Below, piece after piece: positions 48,959 through 59,477 of a stretch of DNA of 64,000 nt. Below the pieces are notes generated by a model that made no database searches, had not been told where the DNA came from, and saw only the letters and a list, made by a program, of their open reading frames with translations. Each line of letters opens with the position of its first letter. The first letter of the stretch is position 1. The position numbers and the translations under genes were made by a program. Source of the stretch: Pseudomonadota bacterium (lineage in GTDB: Bacteria; Myxococcota; JACRCW01; JAFGSX01); NCBI GenBank assembly GCA_043821645.1, contig JBDRCO010000046.1, positions 32,001 through 96,000 on the forward strand, given 5' to 3'.

Positions 48959-49429
48959 TCACTGGACCTGAATAGGGATCTCCAGCGTGCCATGACCCGA
49001 GGCCACGGTCTCGAGCTGCTCCAGGGTCATCAGATGGTCCGCGCGGCCTCCGGTGATCTGGACCACGGTGCCGGACACGAACACGGTCTGCGTGCCGAAG
49101 GTGATGAAGGAGCCGCAGAAGCTCAAGCACAGGTCGAGAAAGGTCCAGGTGACCTTGTAGTGCAGGTCTCGCACTCCATTGCCGCCCATCTCGCGCACCT
49201 TCTCGAGGATGGCGCGGGCGACCTTCTCGTCGCTGCCCTTGGCGTAACCCCACAGCCAGTACTGCTCGCCCACCTCGATCTCGAAGGTGCCGACCTCGCG
49301 GTAGGCCAGGCTGCCCTCGCCGACCAGGGCGCCGGGCAGGGTGGTGTAGCTCATGTGATTGCAGCCGCTGGTCGCCAGCAGGGCGAGCACGAGGGCAACC
49401 GGGAGGGTGAAGCGGTGAAGGTGTCGCAT
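48959..49429 (-). CDS. Small lipoprotein (Bor/TRL-like)
   Basis: Lipobox TSGC; YWLWGY..ITFG pattern. Confidence 0.6.
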   Translation of the reverse strand: MRHLHRFTLPVALVLALLATSGCNHMSYTTLPGALVGEGSLAYREVGTFEIEVGEQYWLWGYAKGSDEKVARAILEKVREMGGNGVRDLHYKVTWTFLDLCLSFCGSFITFGTQTVFVSGTVVQITGGRADHLMTLEQLETVASGHGTLEIPIQVQ

Positions 49430-50148
49430 CAGTAGCTCCCTCCGCTCGAGGGCGCCAGGGGGGCGTCAGGCTGCGAAGGCACGGGGCCTGTTGGTGTCGG
49501 ACCCGGAGGGGGTGCCACAGGTGTTGGTGGGATCGCTGGCGACGGCGGAGCCACCGGCGAAGGGAGGGCCTGCGGGGAGGCCGGGGCGCGCTCGACGTAG
49601 GCAATCACCTCGGTGGTGCGGGTGGGGACCAGGGACAGCAGACCGACGATGCCTGTCCACGAGAACAGCTGCGCCACCACGGCCCGGCCGAAGTCGATGA
49701 GATCCATGCCCGAGGTCACGCGAACGTTGGTGATGCGCGTGCCGGGAGTGGCCAGCTCGGCCTTGAGATCCGTGGTGACCGCCGCGGGATCCGCCAGGAT
49801 GGGGAACAGCCCGATGATGAACCACTGGCGCAGCACGCGGCGGTAGATCTCGGCGTCGGCGGGCTTGGCTGGGGTGGCCCACTCGCCGACCTTCGCCTGC
49901 GTGGGCTTCACGTACTCGCCCTGGGTGGGCTGGTCCGTCGCCTCGGTCAACACGAAGCCCTCGAAGTACGAGTCATCCATGTCACCGAAGGCGGGCCGCT
50001 TGGGCTCGACCGGCGCGTCCTGCGGCTTGGCGAGCTCCGCGCGCATGTCCAGCACACCGGGCATGGTCGTCTCGAAGGTCATGCAGCCGAACAGCAGGCT
50101 GAGGCTGCTGCCGAGGACTGCCACCTGCACCAAACTGCGCCTGCGCAT
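49429..50148 (-). CDS. Lipoprotein with Pro-rich tail
   Basis: Lipobox LFGC; QWFIIGLFP; Pro-rich C-terminus; GGAGG RBS. Confidence 0.6.
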   Translation of the reverse strand: MRRRSLVQVAVLGSSLSLLFGCMTFETTMPGVLDMRAELAKPQDAPVEPKRPAFGDMDDSYFEGFVLTEATDQPTQGEYVKPTQAKVGEWATPAKPADAEIYRRVLRQWFIIGLFPILADPAAVTTDLKAELATPGTRITNVRVTSGMDLIDFGRAVVAQLFSWTGIVGLLSLVPTRTTEVIAYVERAPASPQALPSPVAPPSPAIPPTPVAPPPGPTPTGPVPSQPDAPLAPSSGGSY

Positions 50149-50321
50149 GGTCCATGCCTCCTTGTCACGGGCAGCACACGCCCGCTGGCGGCGCATCATC
50201 CGCGCCGGCTGTGATCCAAGGCAAGCGAAAACACTCCGAGCGTGATACCTCGAATGACGACGGGGCTGTCAGGGTCTCGCCAGCGCGCTAGGATGTTCAG
50301 ACTTCGTTGCGGGAGGGCCGC

Positions 50322-52262
50322 GTGCTGCAGATCCGTCGCTGCGTTCTGGGAACCGCCGGTCACGTCGACCATGGCAAGACGGCCCTGGTGAAGGCGCTGA
50401 CCGGCGTCGACACGGACAGGCTCGACGAGGAGAAGCGCCGCGGTATCACCATCGAGCTTGGCTTTGCCACCTGGCCGCTGCGCGAGGACCTGGTGGCCAG
50501 CATCGTGGATGTCCCGGGACACGAGCGCTTCGTGCGCACCATGGCGGCAGGTGCCAGTGGCCTCGACGCGGTGCTGCTGGTGATCGCGGCGGACGACGGC
50601 GTGATGCCGCAGACGCGCGAGCACCTGCACATCTGCCAGCTGCTGGGCGTGCGCCGTGGGCTGGTGGTGATCAGCAAGTCGGACCTGGTTGACGCCGAGC
50701 TCCTGGAGCTGGTCGCCGAAGACGTGAACGAGACCGTGCGTGGGACCTTTTTAGAAGATGCGCCGGTGCTGGCGTGCTCGGCCCTCAGCGGCCAGGGACT
50801 GCCGGCTGTGGCGGACGCCGTGCGAGCGACCCTCGACGGATTGTCCCAGCGCCCGGACAGCGGGCCGGCCTACCTGTCGGTGGACAGGGTCTTTCACAAG
50901 GCAGGGTTCGGTTGCGTGGCGACGGGCACCCTGCTCACCGGTCGCGTGCGGGTCGGGGATAGTCTGGAGGCTCTGCCGGGTCCTCGCGGCGAGCTGCTGT
51001 CCGGTCTGCGCGTGCGCGGACTGCAGGTTCAGGATCGCGAGGTCGAGCAGGTGCCGGCGGGCGTGCGGGTGGCGCTCAACCTCCGCGGCGAGGGCTCGGA
51101 CGTCATCTCCCGGGGCATGGCTCTGGCGAGCGCAGGCTGGCAGCAGCCCACGGCCCAGCTTCACGTCGAGATCCAGCTGCTGGAGGGGGTCGAGCCCGTG
51201 GATGGCGAGGCCCGGTTGTCCCTGCACCTCGGCGCCGACGACGTGCTGGTACGCGCCATTCCCCTGGGCCAGCGCCGGGTCGAGGCGGGAGCGCGCGCGC
51301 CGGTGCGGCTGGTGGCCGATCGACCGGTCGCGGCCTTCGCGGGCCAGTACCTGGTGCTGCGCCAGCCCGGGCGGCACGGCATGGGTACGGTGGGAGGCGG
51401 TCGTGTCCTCGATCCGCACCCCGCCGCCGGCAAGGGCAGCCTGGCGCGCTGGGCACGTGTGGCCACGGCGCTGTCCCATGGCGAGCTTGCACAGCGCATG
51501 CACGCCTTGTTGCAGGACGCGCGCGAGAGCGGGGCCAGTCGTGGAGAGCTGGCGCGACGCCTGCCGCCCGACGAAGACCTGGACAAGGCTCTGGCCGAGC
51601 TCGAGAAGCTCAAAGCAGTGGTGAAGATCGACGGAGGCGCCACGTCGCGCTGGGTGGATGGCGAGGTCCTGCAGGGCATTGCCGCGCGCGTGCTCGACGA
51701 GGTGGGCTCCTACCACGCCGCTCACCCCGCCCTGGCCGGGGTGACCGCGGCAGAACTCCGCGGTCAGGTCCCGCAGCTGTCGACGTGGCTCGTCGAGCGG
51801 GCCGTGCAGCTTCTCGTCGAGGAGGGCCGCCTGGAACGCCAGGACCAGGTGCTGCACCGGCCGGATCACAAGGTGGCGCAGGGGGCCGCGGGCGCCTCGG
51901 TCGACGCCCTGGCCGCGCTGTACCAGGAGCGCGGACTCAGCGCCCCCCTCGATGACGAAGCCCGGGAAGCACTGCAGCTCTCCGCAGCCTTGTTTCGCGA
52001 TGCTCTCAACGAACTCAAGCGCCAGGGGCGCCTGGTGCGTCTCGCCGATCGCCTGCATGTGGACCGCCAGGCGCTCGACGCGATCCGGGGCCGTGTCCTG
52101 GACCACCTGGCGCATACGCCGCAGCTCAGCCCGGCGGACCTCAAGCAGCTCAGCGGGGGACTCAGCCGCAAGTACATCATCCCCTTGCTCGAGTGGCTCG
52201 ACACCGAGGGTGTGACCTTGCGCCGCGGCGACGTCCGGGTCGCTCGCAGTGCGCGTCGATGA
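50322..52262 (+). CDS. selB: Selenocysteine-specific elongation factor SelB
   Basis: [57 protein letters not shown]-terminal winged helix [19 protein letters not shown]. Confidence 0.95.
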   Translation: MLQIRRCVLGTAGHVDHGKTALVKALTGVDTDRLDEEKRRGITIELGFATWPLREDLVASIVDVPGHERFVRTMAAGASGLDAVLLVIAADDGVMPQTREHLHICQLLGVRRGLVVISKSDLVDAELLELVAEDVNETVRGTFLEDAPVLACSALSGQGLPAVADAVRATLDGLSQRPDSGPAYLSVDRVFHKAGFGCVATGTLLTGRVRVGDSLEALPGPRGELLSGLRVRGLQVQDREVEQVPAGVRVALNLRGEGSDVISRGMALASAGWQQPTAQLHVEIQLLEGVEPVDGEARLSLHLGADDVLVRAIPLGQRRVEAGARAPVRLVADRPVAAFAGQYLVLRQPGRHGMGTVGGGRVLDPHPAAGKGSLARWARVATALSHGELAQRMHALLQDARESGASRGELARRLPPDEDLDKALAELEKLKAVVKIDGGATSRWVDGEVLQGIAARVLDEVGSYHAAHPALAGVTAAELRGQVPQLSTWLVERAVQLLVEEGRLERQDQVLHRPDHKVAQGAAGASVDALAALYQERGLSAPLDDEAREALQLSAALFRDALNELKRQGRLVRLADRLHVDRQALDAIRGRVLDHLAHTPQLSPADLKQLSGGLSRKYIIPLLEWLDTEGVTLRRGDVRVARSARR

Positions 52263-52289
52263 GACAGCCGTCCGTGCGGACGGGGCCGC

Positions 52290-52871
52290 TCAGCCGGTGT
52301 TCGCGGGGCCGGTCCACGGCGTGCCCTGCATGAATCGACTGCCGCCGGCATGGTGCAGGGTGGGGAAGCGCGCGCTGTTCCAGCAGCCCTCGGCATCGAG
52401 CACACCCGGGCGCGCCCACGCCGCCACCACCTGCGCGAGCACGAGGTCGTGGTCCGCCAGGCCCGTGGCCTCGGTCCGTCGACACTCGAGCCAGGCCGCA
52501 GCGTCGCGCAGCAAGGGCAGCCCGGCGATGGCACCACCCTCGTACAGACCCAGGCCGCGCTCGGCCACCTTGTCGACGTCGTGACCCGAGCAGCTCCCGA
52601 AGTAGCGCACCAGTTCGACCTGGTCGGCGGTGGGCACATTGATCCCGAGCACGCCCGTGCGCAGGATGTTGCTGTGGGTCTTGTGTCCGGGATCCATGGC
52701 CAGCAGCACCAGGGCCGGGCTGCGGCTCAGGGGCATGTTCCAGGCGATGGTGCACACGTTGGCACGCTCTCCGTCGTGGGTGCTGATCAGGAGCAGCGGC
52801 CCGGGATTGATCAGGCGGTAGGCGCGCTCGAGGGGGACCGCGACGCGTTCGGGCTCAGGAGGCGATGCCAT
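52290..52871 (-). CDS. Flavin reductase family protein
   Basis: YRLINPGPLLLIST, HKTHSNI..INVP, GSCSGHDVDK, AWLECR, TLHHAGG. Confidence 0.88.
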   Translation of the reverse strand: MASPPEPERVAVPLERAYRLINPGPLLLISTHDGERANVCTIAWNMPLSRSPALVLLAMDPGHKTHSNILRTGVLGINVPTADQVELVRYFGSCSGHDVDKVAERGLGLYEGGAIAGLPLLRDAAAWLECRRTEATGLADHDLVLAQVVAAWARPGVLDAEGCWNSARFPTLHHAGGSRFMQGTPWTGPANTG

Positions 52872-55437
52872 GGGGCGCTCCAGGGGTGTGGCCGGGCTCG
52901 AGGGAGTCGCGCACCGCGCGCAGGAGCTGGTCCGGGGTGAAGGGCTTGGGCAGGCGGTACACTGGGCCCAGAGCGGTCTCCGCGTCGGCCGTCTCGAGGT
53001 CACCGCCGCTCATGATCAGGCACGCGATACCGGGGTGGAGATGCCGCGCCAGCCTCAGGACCTCGGCGCCGGAGCCGTCGTCGAGACCGAGGTCGGTGAG
53101 CACCGCGAGCGGTGATTCCTGCTCGAGCACGCGCCGGGCTTCGGTCACACCGCTGGCACCGTGGACTCGAAAACCCTCGTTCTCGAGGGCGCGCGTGATC
53201 AGACGCATTAGGGCCGGCTCGTCCTCGACCACGAGCAGAGCCGGGGTGTTATCGGCAGGACCGACCTCGCCGGCCAGGGCGCGGCGCAGGGCCTGGATCA
53301 GCACCTCGGGGCGGAAGGGTTTGGCCACGAACACCTGGCGCCGGTCGGCGAGGCGCTGCTCGGCCAGCAGGTGCCCCGACATGAAGACGACGGGCAGATC
53401 CTTCCGCCGGTCCCGCAGTGCCCGAGCCAGCTGCTTGCCGTCCATGCCAGGCATGGCGAGATCGGTCAGCACCACGTCAACGCTGGGGGCGGCCGCATCG
53501 AACATCTCCAGCGCTTGTTCGCCGCTGTGTGCGCTCAGCACCTCGAAGCCGGCCCGCTTCAACATGCGGGCCACGGTCCGCCGCACCGGATCCTCGTCGT
53601 CGACCAGCATCACCTTCTGCACCGGACCCGGGTTCGCAGGTGAGGTCGTTGACTCCATGGGATGGGGCTGGACGGGGTAGACGGGCAGAGGGATGCGCGG
53701 GAAGTTCAGGACGAAGGTTGCGCCCTCGCCGGGGACGGAGTGGACCGTGATGCGGCCTCCGGCTGCGGTGACCAGGGCATAGACCGTGGCCAGACCGAGC
53801 CCTGTACCCATCTCTCCCTTGGTCGAAAAGAACGGCTCGAAGGCCCGGGCCTGGACCTCGGCGGTCATGCCCGTGCCGGCGTCCTGAACCTCGAGTACGA
53901 CCTCATCAGGGTCGACACGGACCCGGAAGGTGATTCTTCCACCCTCGGGCATGGCGTCGCTGGCGTTGACGACCAGGGTCGTCAGCACCTGCTCGAGCTG
54001 CACGCGGTCCATGCGCAACCAGGCAGGCTGTTCCGAGGCGACGACCTCGAGGGCGATCTCGGGTCCGACCATGCGGCTGAACAGGCGCTGGATCTCGGCC
54101 AGGACCTGATTGAGTTCGAGATCCTCGGTGTGGGTGGGCTGCTTGCGGCCAAAGCTCAGGAGCTGCCGGGTCAGCACGCTGGCGCGCTCCGCGGCTCGCT
54201 GGATGTCGAGCAGATCCCCATGCAAGGCATGCTGGGGCCCCAGGCTGTCCGCGACGAGGGTGGCGTTGCCCAGGATCGCGGACAGCTGGTTGTTGAAATC
54301 GTGAGCGATCCCTGCGGAGAGTCTGCCTATGGCCTCCATCTTCTGGGCGTGCAGCAGCTGGGCGCGCTTGTCCTCGAGCTCCGCCTCGACCTGCTTGTGC
54401 GCGGTGAGATCGCGAAGGGTGAGCAGCTGCGCCGGCTGGCCTGCGTAGTTCACTTGCTGGGCGTGAAGCAACAAGGTGCGCACGGGTGCGCCCACAGGCC
54501 AGCTCAGTTCGTGTCCATCCTGCAGCATTTTTTCGGTCGAGCGCTGCACCTCCTCGAGGATTTCCCCGGGGAGTGCCGTGCACCCCTCGTCGAGGTCGAG
54601 CAGCAGGCAGAAGTGTGGATTGCTATACAGCAGCGCGGTGCCGTTGCGCTCGGCGATGGCTACACCCACCGACAGGGCGCTCAGCACCTCCTCGCGGCGC
54701 TCGAGCTGGGCGCGGGCCAGGTCGCGCTCGCGGCGAAACACATCGACAGGTGCGAAGTAGTCCCGCCGCAGCATGCCCACGCCCGTGATCACGAAGGCCA
54801 CCGCGAGCAGCACGGAGGCCGCGAAGGGCAGGTCCACACCGAGCGGTGACAGGCCGCCATTGATGATGCCAGCCAGCAGACCCATCGGCACCACCACCTG
54901 CGCCACGAAACGACCGCTGGTGCGAAAGGCGTCGACGCCCTGGCGGCGCGCGGCGAGCAGCAAGATCGCGGCCGCGGAGATGACGCAGGCGCCATGGTAG
55001 AAATTGATGGCGACCTGCCAGCCGGTGGATCGCGACTGGAAGTACATTCCATTGACCGAGGCGGGCAGGAACTCCCGGTACAGCAGGCCGCCCTCGACCA
55101 GCACCACGCAGCCCACCGCCGGAGCGAACAGCAGCAGCAGCGCGGCGGGATGGCGCAGCCAGCGCGGCCACCTCGTGTAGTTGCTCACGCCCTCCAGCAC
55201 CAGGGGAGGCACGGCTGCCCACACGGGTGCAAAGAGCAAGGCCAGCCAGCGCACCTGCGCGGCGCTCGACGAGAGGTTGGACAGCAGGTCGGCCAGGCAC
55301 CACAAGGTCATCAGGGCGAAGAGGACGATGACGCGGCGCTTCTCGGCGCTGGGAGGAGACGCCACGGTGTACAGCGTGGTCATGACGAGCATGACGCAGA
55401 AAGACAGCAGGTAAAGGTAGGTCAGCGGGTACTGCAT
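52855..55437 (-). CDS. Hybrid histidine kinase: 7TM sensor, PAS-like region, HisKA/HATPase, two receiver domains
   Basis: AGIAHDFNN, DAGTGM..FEPFFSTK..GTGLGL; REC1 VDDE..TDLAMPG, REC2 VEDE..TDLGL..KPF. Confidence 0.92.
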   Translation of the reverse strand: MQYPLTYLYLLSFCVMLVMTTLYTVASPPSAEKRRVIVLFALMTLWCLADLLSNLSSSAAQVRWLALLFAPVWAAVPPLVLEGVSNYTRWPRWLRHPAALLLLFAPAVGCVVLVEGGLLYREFLPASVNGMYFQSRSTGWQVAINFYHGACVISAAAILLLAARRQGVDAFRTSGRFVAQVVVPMGLLAGIINGGLSPLGVDLPFAASVLLAVAFVITGVGMLRRDYFAPVDVFRRERDLARAQLERREEVLSALSVGVAIAERNGTALLYSNPHFCLLLDLDEGCTALPGEILEEVQRSTEKMLQDGHELSWPVGAPVRTLLLHAQQVNYAGQPAQLLTLRDLTAHKQVEAELEDKRAQLLHAQKMEAIGRLSAGIAHDFNNQLSAILGNATLVADSLGPQHALHGDLLDIQRAAERASVLTRQLLSFGRKQPTHTEDLELNQVLAEIQRLFSRMVGPEIALEVVASEQPAWLRMDRVQLEQVLTTLVVNASDAMPEGGRITFRVRVDPDEVVLEVQDAGTGMTAEVQARAFEPFFSTKGEMGTGLGLATVYALVTAAGGRITVHSVPGEGATFVLNFPRIPLPVYPVQPHPMESTTSPANPGPVQKVMLVDDEDPVRRTVARMLKRAGFEVLSAHSGEQALEMFDAAAPSVDVVLTDLAMPGMDGKQLARALRDRRKDLPVVFMSGHLLAEQRLADRRQVFVAKPFRPEVLIQALRRALAGEVGPADNTPALLVVEDEPALMRLITRALENEGFRVHGASGVTEARRVLEQESPLAVLTDLGLDDGSGAEVLRLARHLHPGIACLIMSGGDLETADAETALGPVYRLPKPFTPDQLLRAVRDSLEPGHTPGAPHGIAS

Positions 55438-55685
55438 CCGCGTCCATCGCCAGCTTGCGACCGTGCGTCGAACACCTGCGCCTCGTGCAGGGCCGTCACG
55501 TGATCTCGCTCATTGTACGCTGTGCGACGGGATCGCCGAAGGGTGTTGGTACGCACCGGCTTCGGAGCGAGAGAGCCTCTCTGTGCGGCTGCAGGCACAA
55601 ACCATAAGCATTCCGTCCATGAACCGAGCTCTGGGAGGCCGACTGCCAGCGCCAGCCTTCGAGCCTCGCGGCCTTGAATCTCGGT

Positions 55686-58600
55686 CTAGGGGGCTGCGGA
55701 GAGTACCAGCTGGGTCGAGGTTCGCGCCTCGACGCGCTCGCCCAGGGCTCGCAGTGCAGGTTCCTGCTCGACCTCGACGCGGCCATAGGGCACGTCGATC
55801 TCGCGCTTCACCTCCAGGGCGTCGCCGCGCAGGTGGGCGTGCTGGTGGTAGCGGCCAAAAGGCCCTTCCTCGGCCAGCTCCGCCGGCATGCTGCGTGGGC
55901 GCAGGCCTGCAGGGAGGTGCAGGATCACCTGCGCTGTCTCGTGATGGGGATCCATCAGCACGGCCACGCTGCGCTGACCCACGCGCAGGTAACTGGCGGG
56001 CGCAGCGCGTTCGCCGCCGAGAACCAGCGACAGTGACGGCAGAAAGCGGGCGATGACCAGGTCACCGTTGTTTGCCAGGGCATAGCTCGCCACGTCGAAG
56101 CGCGCGCGGAGGGCCAGAGGCTGCAGGTCGTCGTCGAGAGCGTCGATGGCGAAGTCGTGCAGCGCGGCGCCAGGGAAGATGCTGCCGAACCAGCCCTCGA
56201 TGGCGCGGGCCGTATCGTCGAGGGGGACCGCGCGCAGGCGCTGCCGCAGGTATCCCGCCAGCGGAGACTGCACGACCATGTGCAGGGATCCGTCAAGCCG
56301 TCCGCTCCCGTCGAGGGTCGCCTCGACGTTCATCCGCGAGGGGGCGCGGCACACCCAGGTGTCGGGCACCGGCTGCGCGCGGCCGAGCTGCGGCGCCGTC
56401 GCCAGCACGGGGTCGACCTCGACCCAGTGGCCTCCCCGAGCCTGGGCAAACCACCCGTCGAGAGCCACGTTGCGTCCCGCCAGCACGAGCGGCCGGTCGC
56501 CTCTGGCCGTGTGGTGCAGCAGCACGCGTTCGGGCAGCTCGCTGTCCGGCCAGTCCACGACAGGTGCAGGCGAGGCGCGGTGCAGGGCGACCCAGCGAAG
56601 GTCGAGTCCCACCTGGCGGCCCGCCGCTCGCAGCAAGGCCTGGCGATCGCCACGGCCGGCGGCCAGGATGGTGACCGGGTCGCGTTCCGGGCCAGGGTCG
56701 CGGACCCGACGCACCACGGCCTCGACCAGGGCGCGAAGCCGAGAATCGTCCCCTCGCTTGCCGGCAACAGCGTCGCGGGCGAAGCGATCCAGGTCGGCAT
56801 TCGTGCGCTCGGCCTCGGCCAGGCTGCGCAGCGCGCGTCGCGCGTAGAGTCCGATGTCGACACCGTGGCTGGCGGTCACGTGAGGCAAGACCTCGACCGG
56901 GGAGGGGGCAAAGGGCTGCGTGCGATGGGCTGGCACGTCGCGGGCTTCGAACTGAAGGCGCACCTGGTCGTCGTCGACCTGGCGCTGCGGCGGTGGCAGG
57001 CCGAGGGAGTGGATCTGAAGGCGGCTCATCTCGGAAGAGGGACCCACCAGCACGAGCTGGCTGCAAAAGATCGGGACCTGGGTCGCAAAGAAGAAGCGCA
57101 CGAGCTGGTCGTGATCGACGGCATCGGGCCATTGCTCCTGGATCCAGTGCAGCTCGATGAAGTCCCCCACGTCGATGCCGGACAGCGACACGTCGCCACT
57201 GCTGTGGGCCGCCTCGGGTTCGATCACCCGGCCATCGGCCTTGATCACCCGCAGGGCGCGCAGCTCGGCACCGGCGGGTGGCCGCACCTCTCCGAGCTGG
57301 CTGGCGGCTTCCTTGCTTTGCACGCGCAGGATCTGGTGGGTGATGCGCAGGCCGCCGCCGCCACCGGTGAAGATCTGCGCCGCAGCGTCGAGAACAAACA
57401 CGAAGGGAAAGCCCGCGTAGAGCTCCGGGTGGGCGCTGGAGTGCGCGCCAAAATCCGCGACCAGCGCGGCGGTGTCGACGCGAAGGTGGCGATCCGGATC
57501 GAGCCCGGACGCGCGCTCGCGCAGGTGTTGCCACGTGGGGAGACCGAGCCGGATCGCCTCGGCGCGCCGCAGGGCCGCCTCGAGGTCACCGCGCGCGCGG
57601 CCGGCGCGAACGAGCCAGCGCGCAGCGAGCAGGTCGCGTGGGAACATCTGCAACCTGTCGTCGACGCGCCGCTGCACGCCATCCCAGCCCTCGACTGCCA
57701 GCGCGACCTCCAGCAACTGTTCGAAGCCCGGGCGATCCGGGGCCAGCTCAAAGGCCTGTTCATAGGCCTTCAAGGCGCCGGCCAGGTCACCCTGCTCGCG
57801 AAGTCTCTGGCCGCGGCGTGCACTGAAGAGTGTGGTGCTGCTGTCGAGCTGGGCCTGTCGCGCCTCGACGGCGCGCTGCACCATTCCCCGACGTTCGAAG
57901 AAGCCCACCGCGTAGCCCAGGCTGGTCTCACCGGGGGCCAGGGCGAGGCTGCGATCGAGAGCCGCCAGGGCCGGAACGGGGAGCCCGCGCCGTGACAGCA
58001 TGTCGTGCACGCGGCGCTGTCCCCAGGGGTAGTCAGGGTGCGCGGCGACGAGGTCCTGCATGCGTTGCAGTGCCTCGTCCTGGCGCTCATCTTGATCCAG
58101 AAGGGCCAGGCGATAGCTCGCGATGAGGTGCTGCGGCTGGTGCTCGAGGGTCGCGGCCAGGGCACTCCGCATGTCGAGCTGGCGACTGGTCTCGGGCAGG
58201 GTGGGGTCACTGCGCGTGCCCTCGGCCAGGGCGAACCAGGCTGCAGCGCTGTCCGGGAAGCGTGTGGCGAGCTGCCGGGCCAGCACCCGGGCGCGTTCAC
58301 CGTCGTCGAGCAGGTCGCCAGTCCAGGCGCCGACCAGGCGCAGCGCTCGCCAGGGATCGCGATCCACGTCCAGGCCAGCCTCGAGCCAGGTCGCGGCCGT
58401 GCTCGGCACGGGTCCCAGCTGCGACAGGGTCGTCGGTCCGTCGTCGGGTGGGTGCGCTTGCCAGCGATCCACCGCGCTGCGACCGCTCCTGTCCAGGGCC
58501 CAGAGCGACAGGCTGTCGCCCGAACCGGCGGGCAGCACCAGCGCCCGAAGGTGGTGCCAGCCCTGTGCCAGCTGCAGGCCGACCAGCACACTACCCGGGC

Positions 58601-59477
58601 GGGCGCGCAGCCACCTGTCCCTGTCCACCACCACCAGTCCGTCGACCAGGATGCGGGCAGTCTGCGGCACCTGCCACAGCAGGGCCGCGCTGCTGTCGGC
58701 GGGAACATGAACCCAGCTCTCGACGAGCTGCACCCCGAGCGGATCCGCGGTCGCCAGCATCAGGCTGGCTTCCCCGGTGCGCCTTTCACGACAGGCGGGG
58801 TGGTCGACGGGGCCCTGGGCCAGGTCCTGGCGCGCGCGCCGAAAACTCTCCACGCTGTCCGGGGCCATCTCGGGGCACACGCGCCAGGTGCGGATGGCAC
58901 CCGCGCGGTCCAGGACCTTCTGGTACGCGGCGACATCCTTGCGCTGGGCGGCCACGGTGAGGCCTGCCCGGGTGGCGGCGATGGCTAGGCCGAGGCAGCT
59001 CGCGGTGTTCTCGACCTGCTGCGCGCAGCGCTGGCGGGCCCGCTCCAGCGCAGCCGCGACGGTGGCGTCGGTGTCCCGGGTTTGATCAAGGGTCAGCAGC
59101 AGCTGGCTCGCCGCGAGTTCTGCCAGCGGGCTGCCTGGGACCCATTCCAGGACCTGAGAACAGCTGGTGAGGATGGCCGGGTAGTCGCGCCGAGCTGCTG
59201 CCAGCTCACAGGCCAGCAACGCGCCGCGTGGCGGTGTGGCCGGAGGCGCAGGCAGTTTGCCCAGCAGGGCCCGGGCGTGATCGTCATCGCTGAAGAAGGC
59301 GGCGAGCTCGGCGCGCTCGACGAGAGCGACGACGTCCCCAGGCGTGCGCGTGAGCAGCTGGTCCAGGACCTCGGCACGTCGGCGTGCCGCCGGGGACTGT
59401 GTGCTCGCCGGGTCCAGGTGCTGCTCGCTGGCGCAGGCCAGCAGCAGGCTCGTCAAAAGCACGGCGCTGCGGGTCAC
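55686..59477 (-). CDS. TPR + DUF3857 + degenerate transglutaminase-like lipoprotein
   Basis: Lipobox LLAC; TPRs; LRVIKADG..VGDFIE; GRGDRQALL without the catalytic Cys. Confidence 0.75.
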   Translation of the reverse strand: MTRSAVLLTSLLLACASEQHLDPASTQSPAARRRAEVLDQLLTRTPGDVVALVERAELAAFFSDDDHARALLGKLPAPPATPPRGALLACELAAARRDYPAILTSCSQVLEWVPGSPLAELAASQLLLTLDQTRDTDATVAAALERARQRCAQQVENTASCLGLAIAATRAGLTVAAQRKDVAAYQKVLDRAGAIRTWRVCPEMAPDSVESFRRARQDLAQGPVDHPACRERRTGEASLMLATADPLGVQLVESWVHVPADSSAALLWQVPQTARILVDGLVVVDRDRWLRARPGSVLVGLQLAQGWHHLRALVLPAGSGDSLSLWALDRSGRSAVDRWQAHPPDDGPTTLSQLGPVPSTAATWLEAGLDVDRDPWRALRLVGAWTGDLLDDGERARVLARQLATRFPDSAAAWFALAEGTRSDPTLPETSRQLDMRSALAATLEHQPQHLIASYRLALLDQDERQDEALQRMQDLVAAHPDYPWGQRRVHDMLSRRGLPVPALAALDRSLALAPGETSLGYAVGFFERRGMVQRAVEARQAQLDSSTTLFSARRGQRLREQGDLAGALKAYEQAFELAPDRPGFEQLLEVALAVEGWDGVQRRVDDRLQMFPRDLLAARWLVRAGRARGDLEAALRRAEAIRLGLPTWQHLRERASGLDPDRHLRVDTAALVADFGAHSSAHPELYAGFPFVFVLDAAAQIFTGGGGGLRITHQILRVQSKEAASQLGEVRPPAGAELRALRVIKADGRVIEPEAAHSSGDVSLSGIDVGDFIELHWIQEQWPDAVDHDQLVRFFFATQVPIFCSQLVLVGPSSEMSRLQIHSLGLPPPQRQVDDDQVRLQFEARDVPAHRTQPFAPSPVEVLPHVTASHGVDIGLYARRALRSLAEAERTNADLDRFARDAVAGKRGDDSRLRALVEAVVRRVRDPGPERDPVTILAAGRGDRQALLRAAGRQVGLDLRWVALHRASPAPVVDWPDSELPERVLLHHTARGDRPLVLAGRNVALDGWFAQARGGHWVEVDPVLATAPQLGRAQPVPDTWVCRAPSRMNVEATLDGSGRLDGSLHMVVQSPLAGYLRQRLRAVPLDDTARAIEGWFGSIFPGAALHDFAIDALDDDLQPLALRARFDVASYALANNGDLVIARFLPSLSLVLGGERAAPASYLRVGQRSVAVLMDPHHETAQVILHLPAGLRPRSMPAELAEEGPFGRYHQHAHLRGDALEVKREIDVPYGRVEVEQEPALRALGERVEARTSTQLVLSAAP

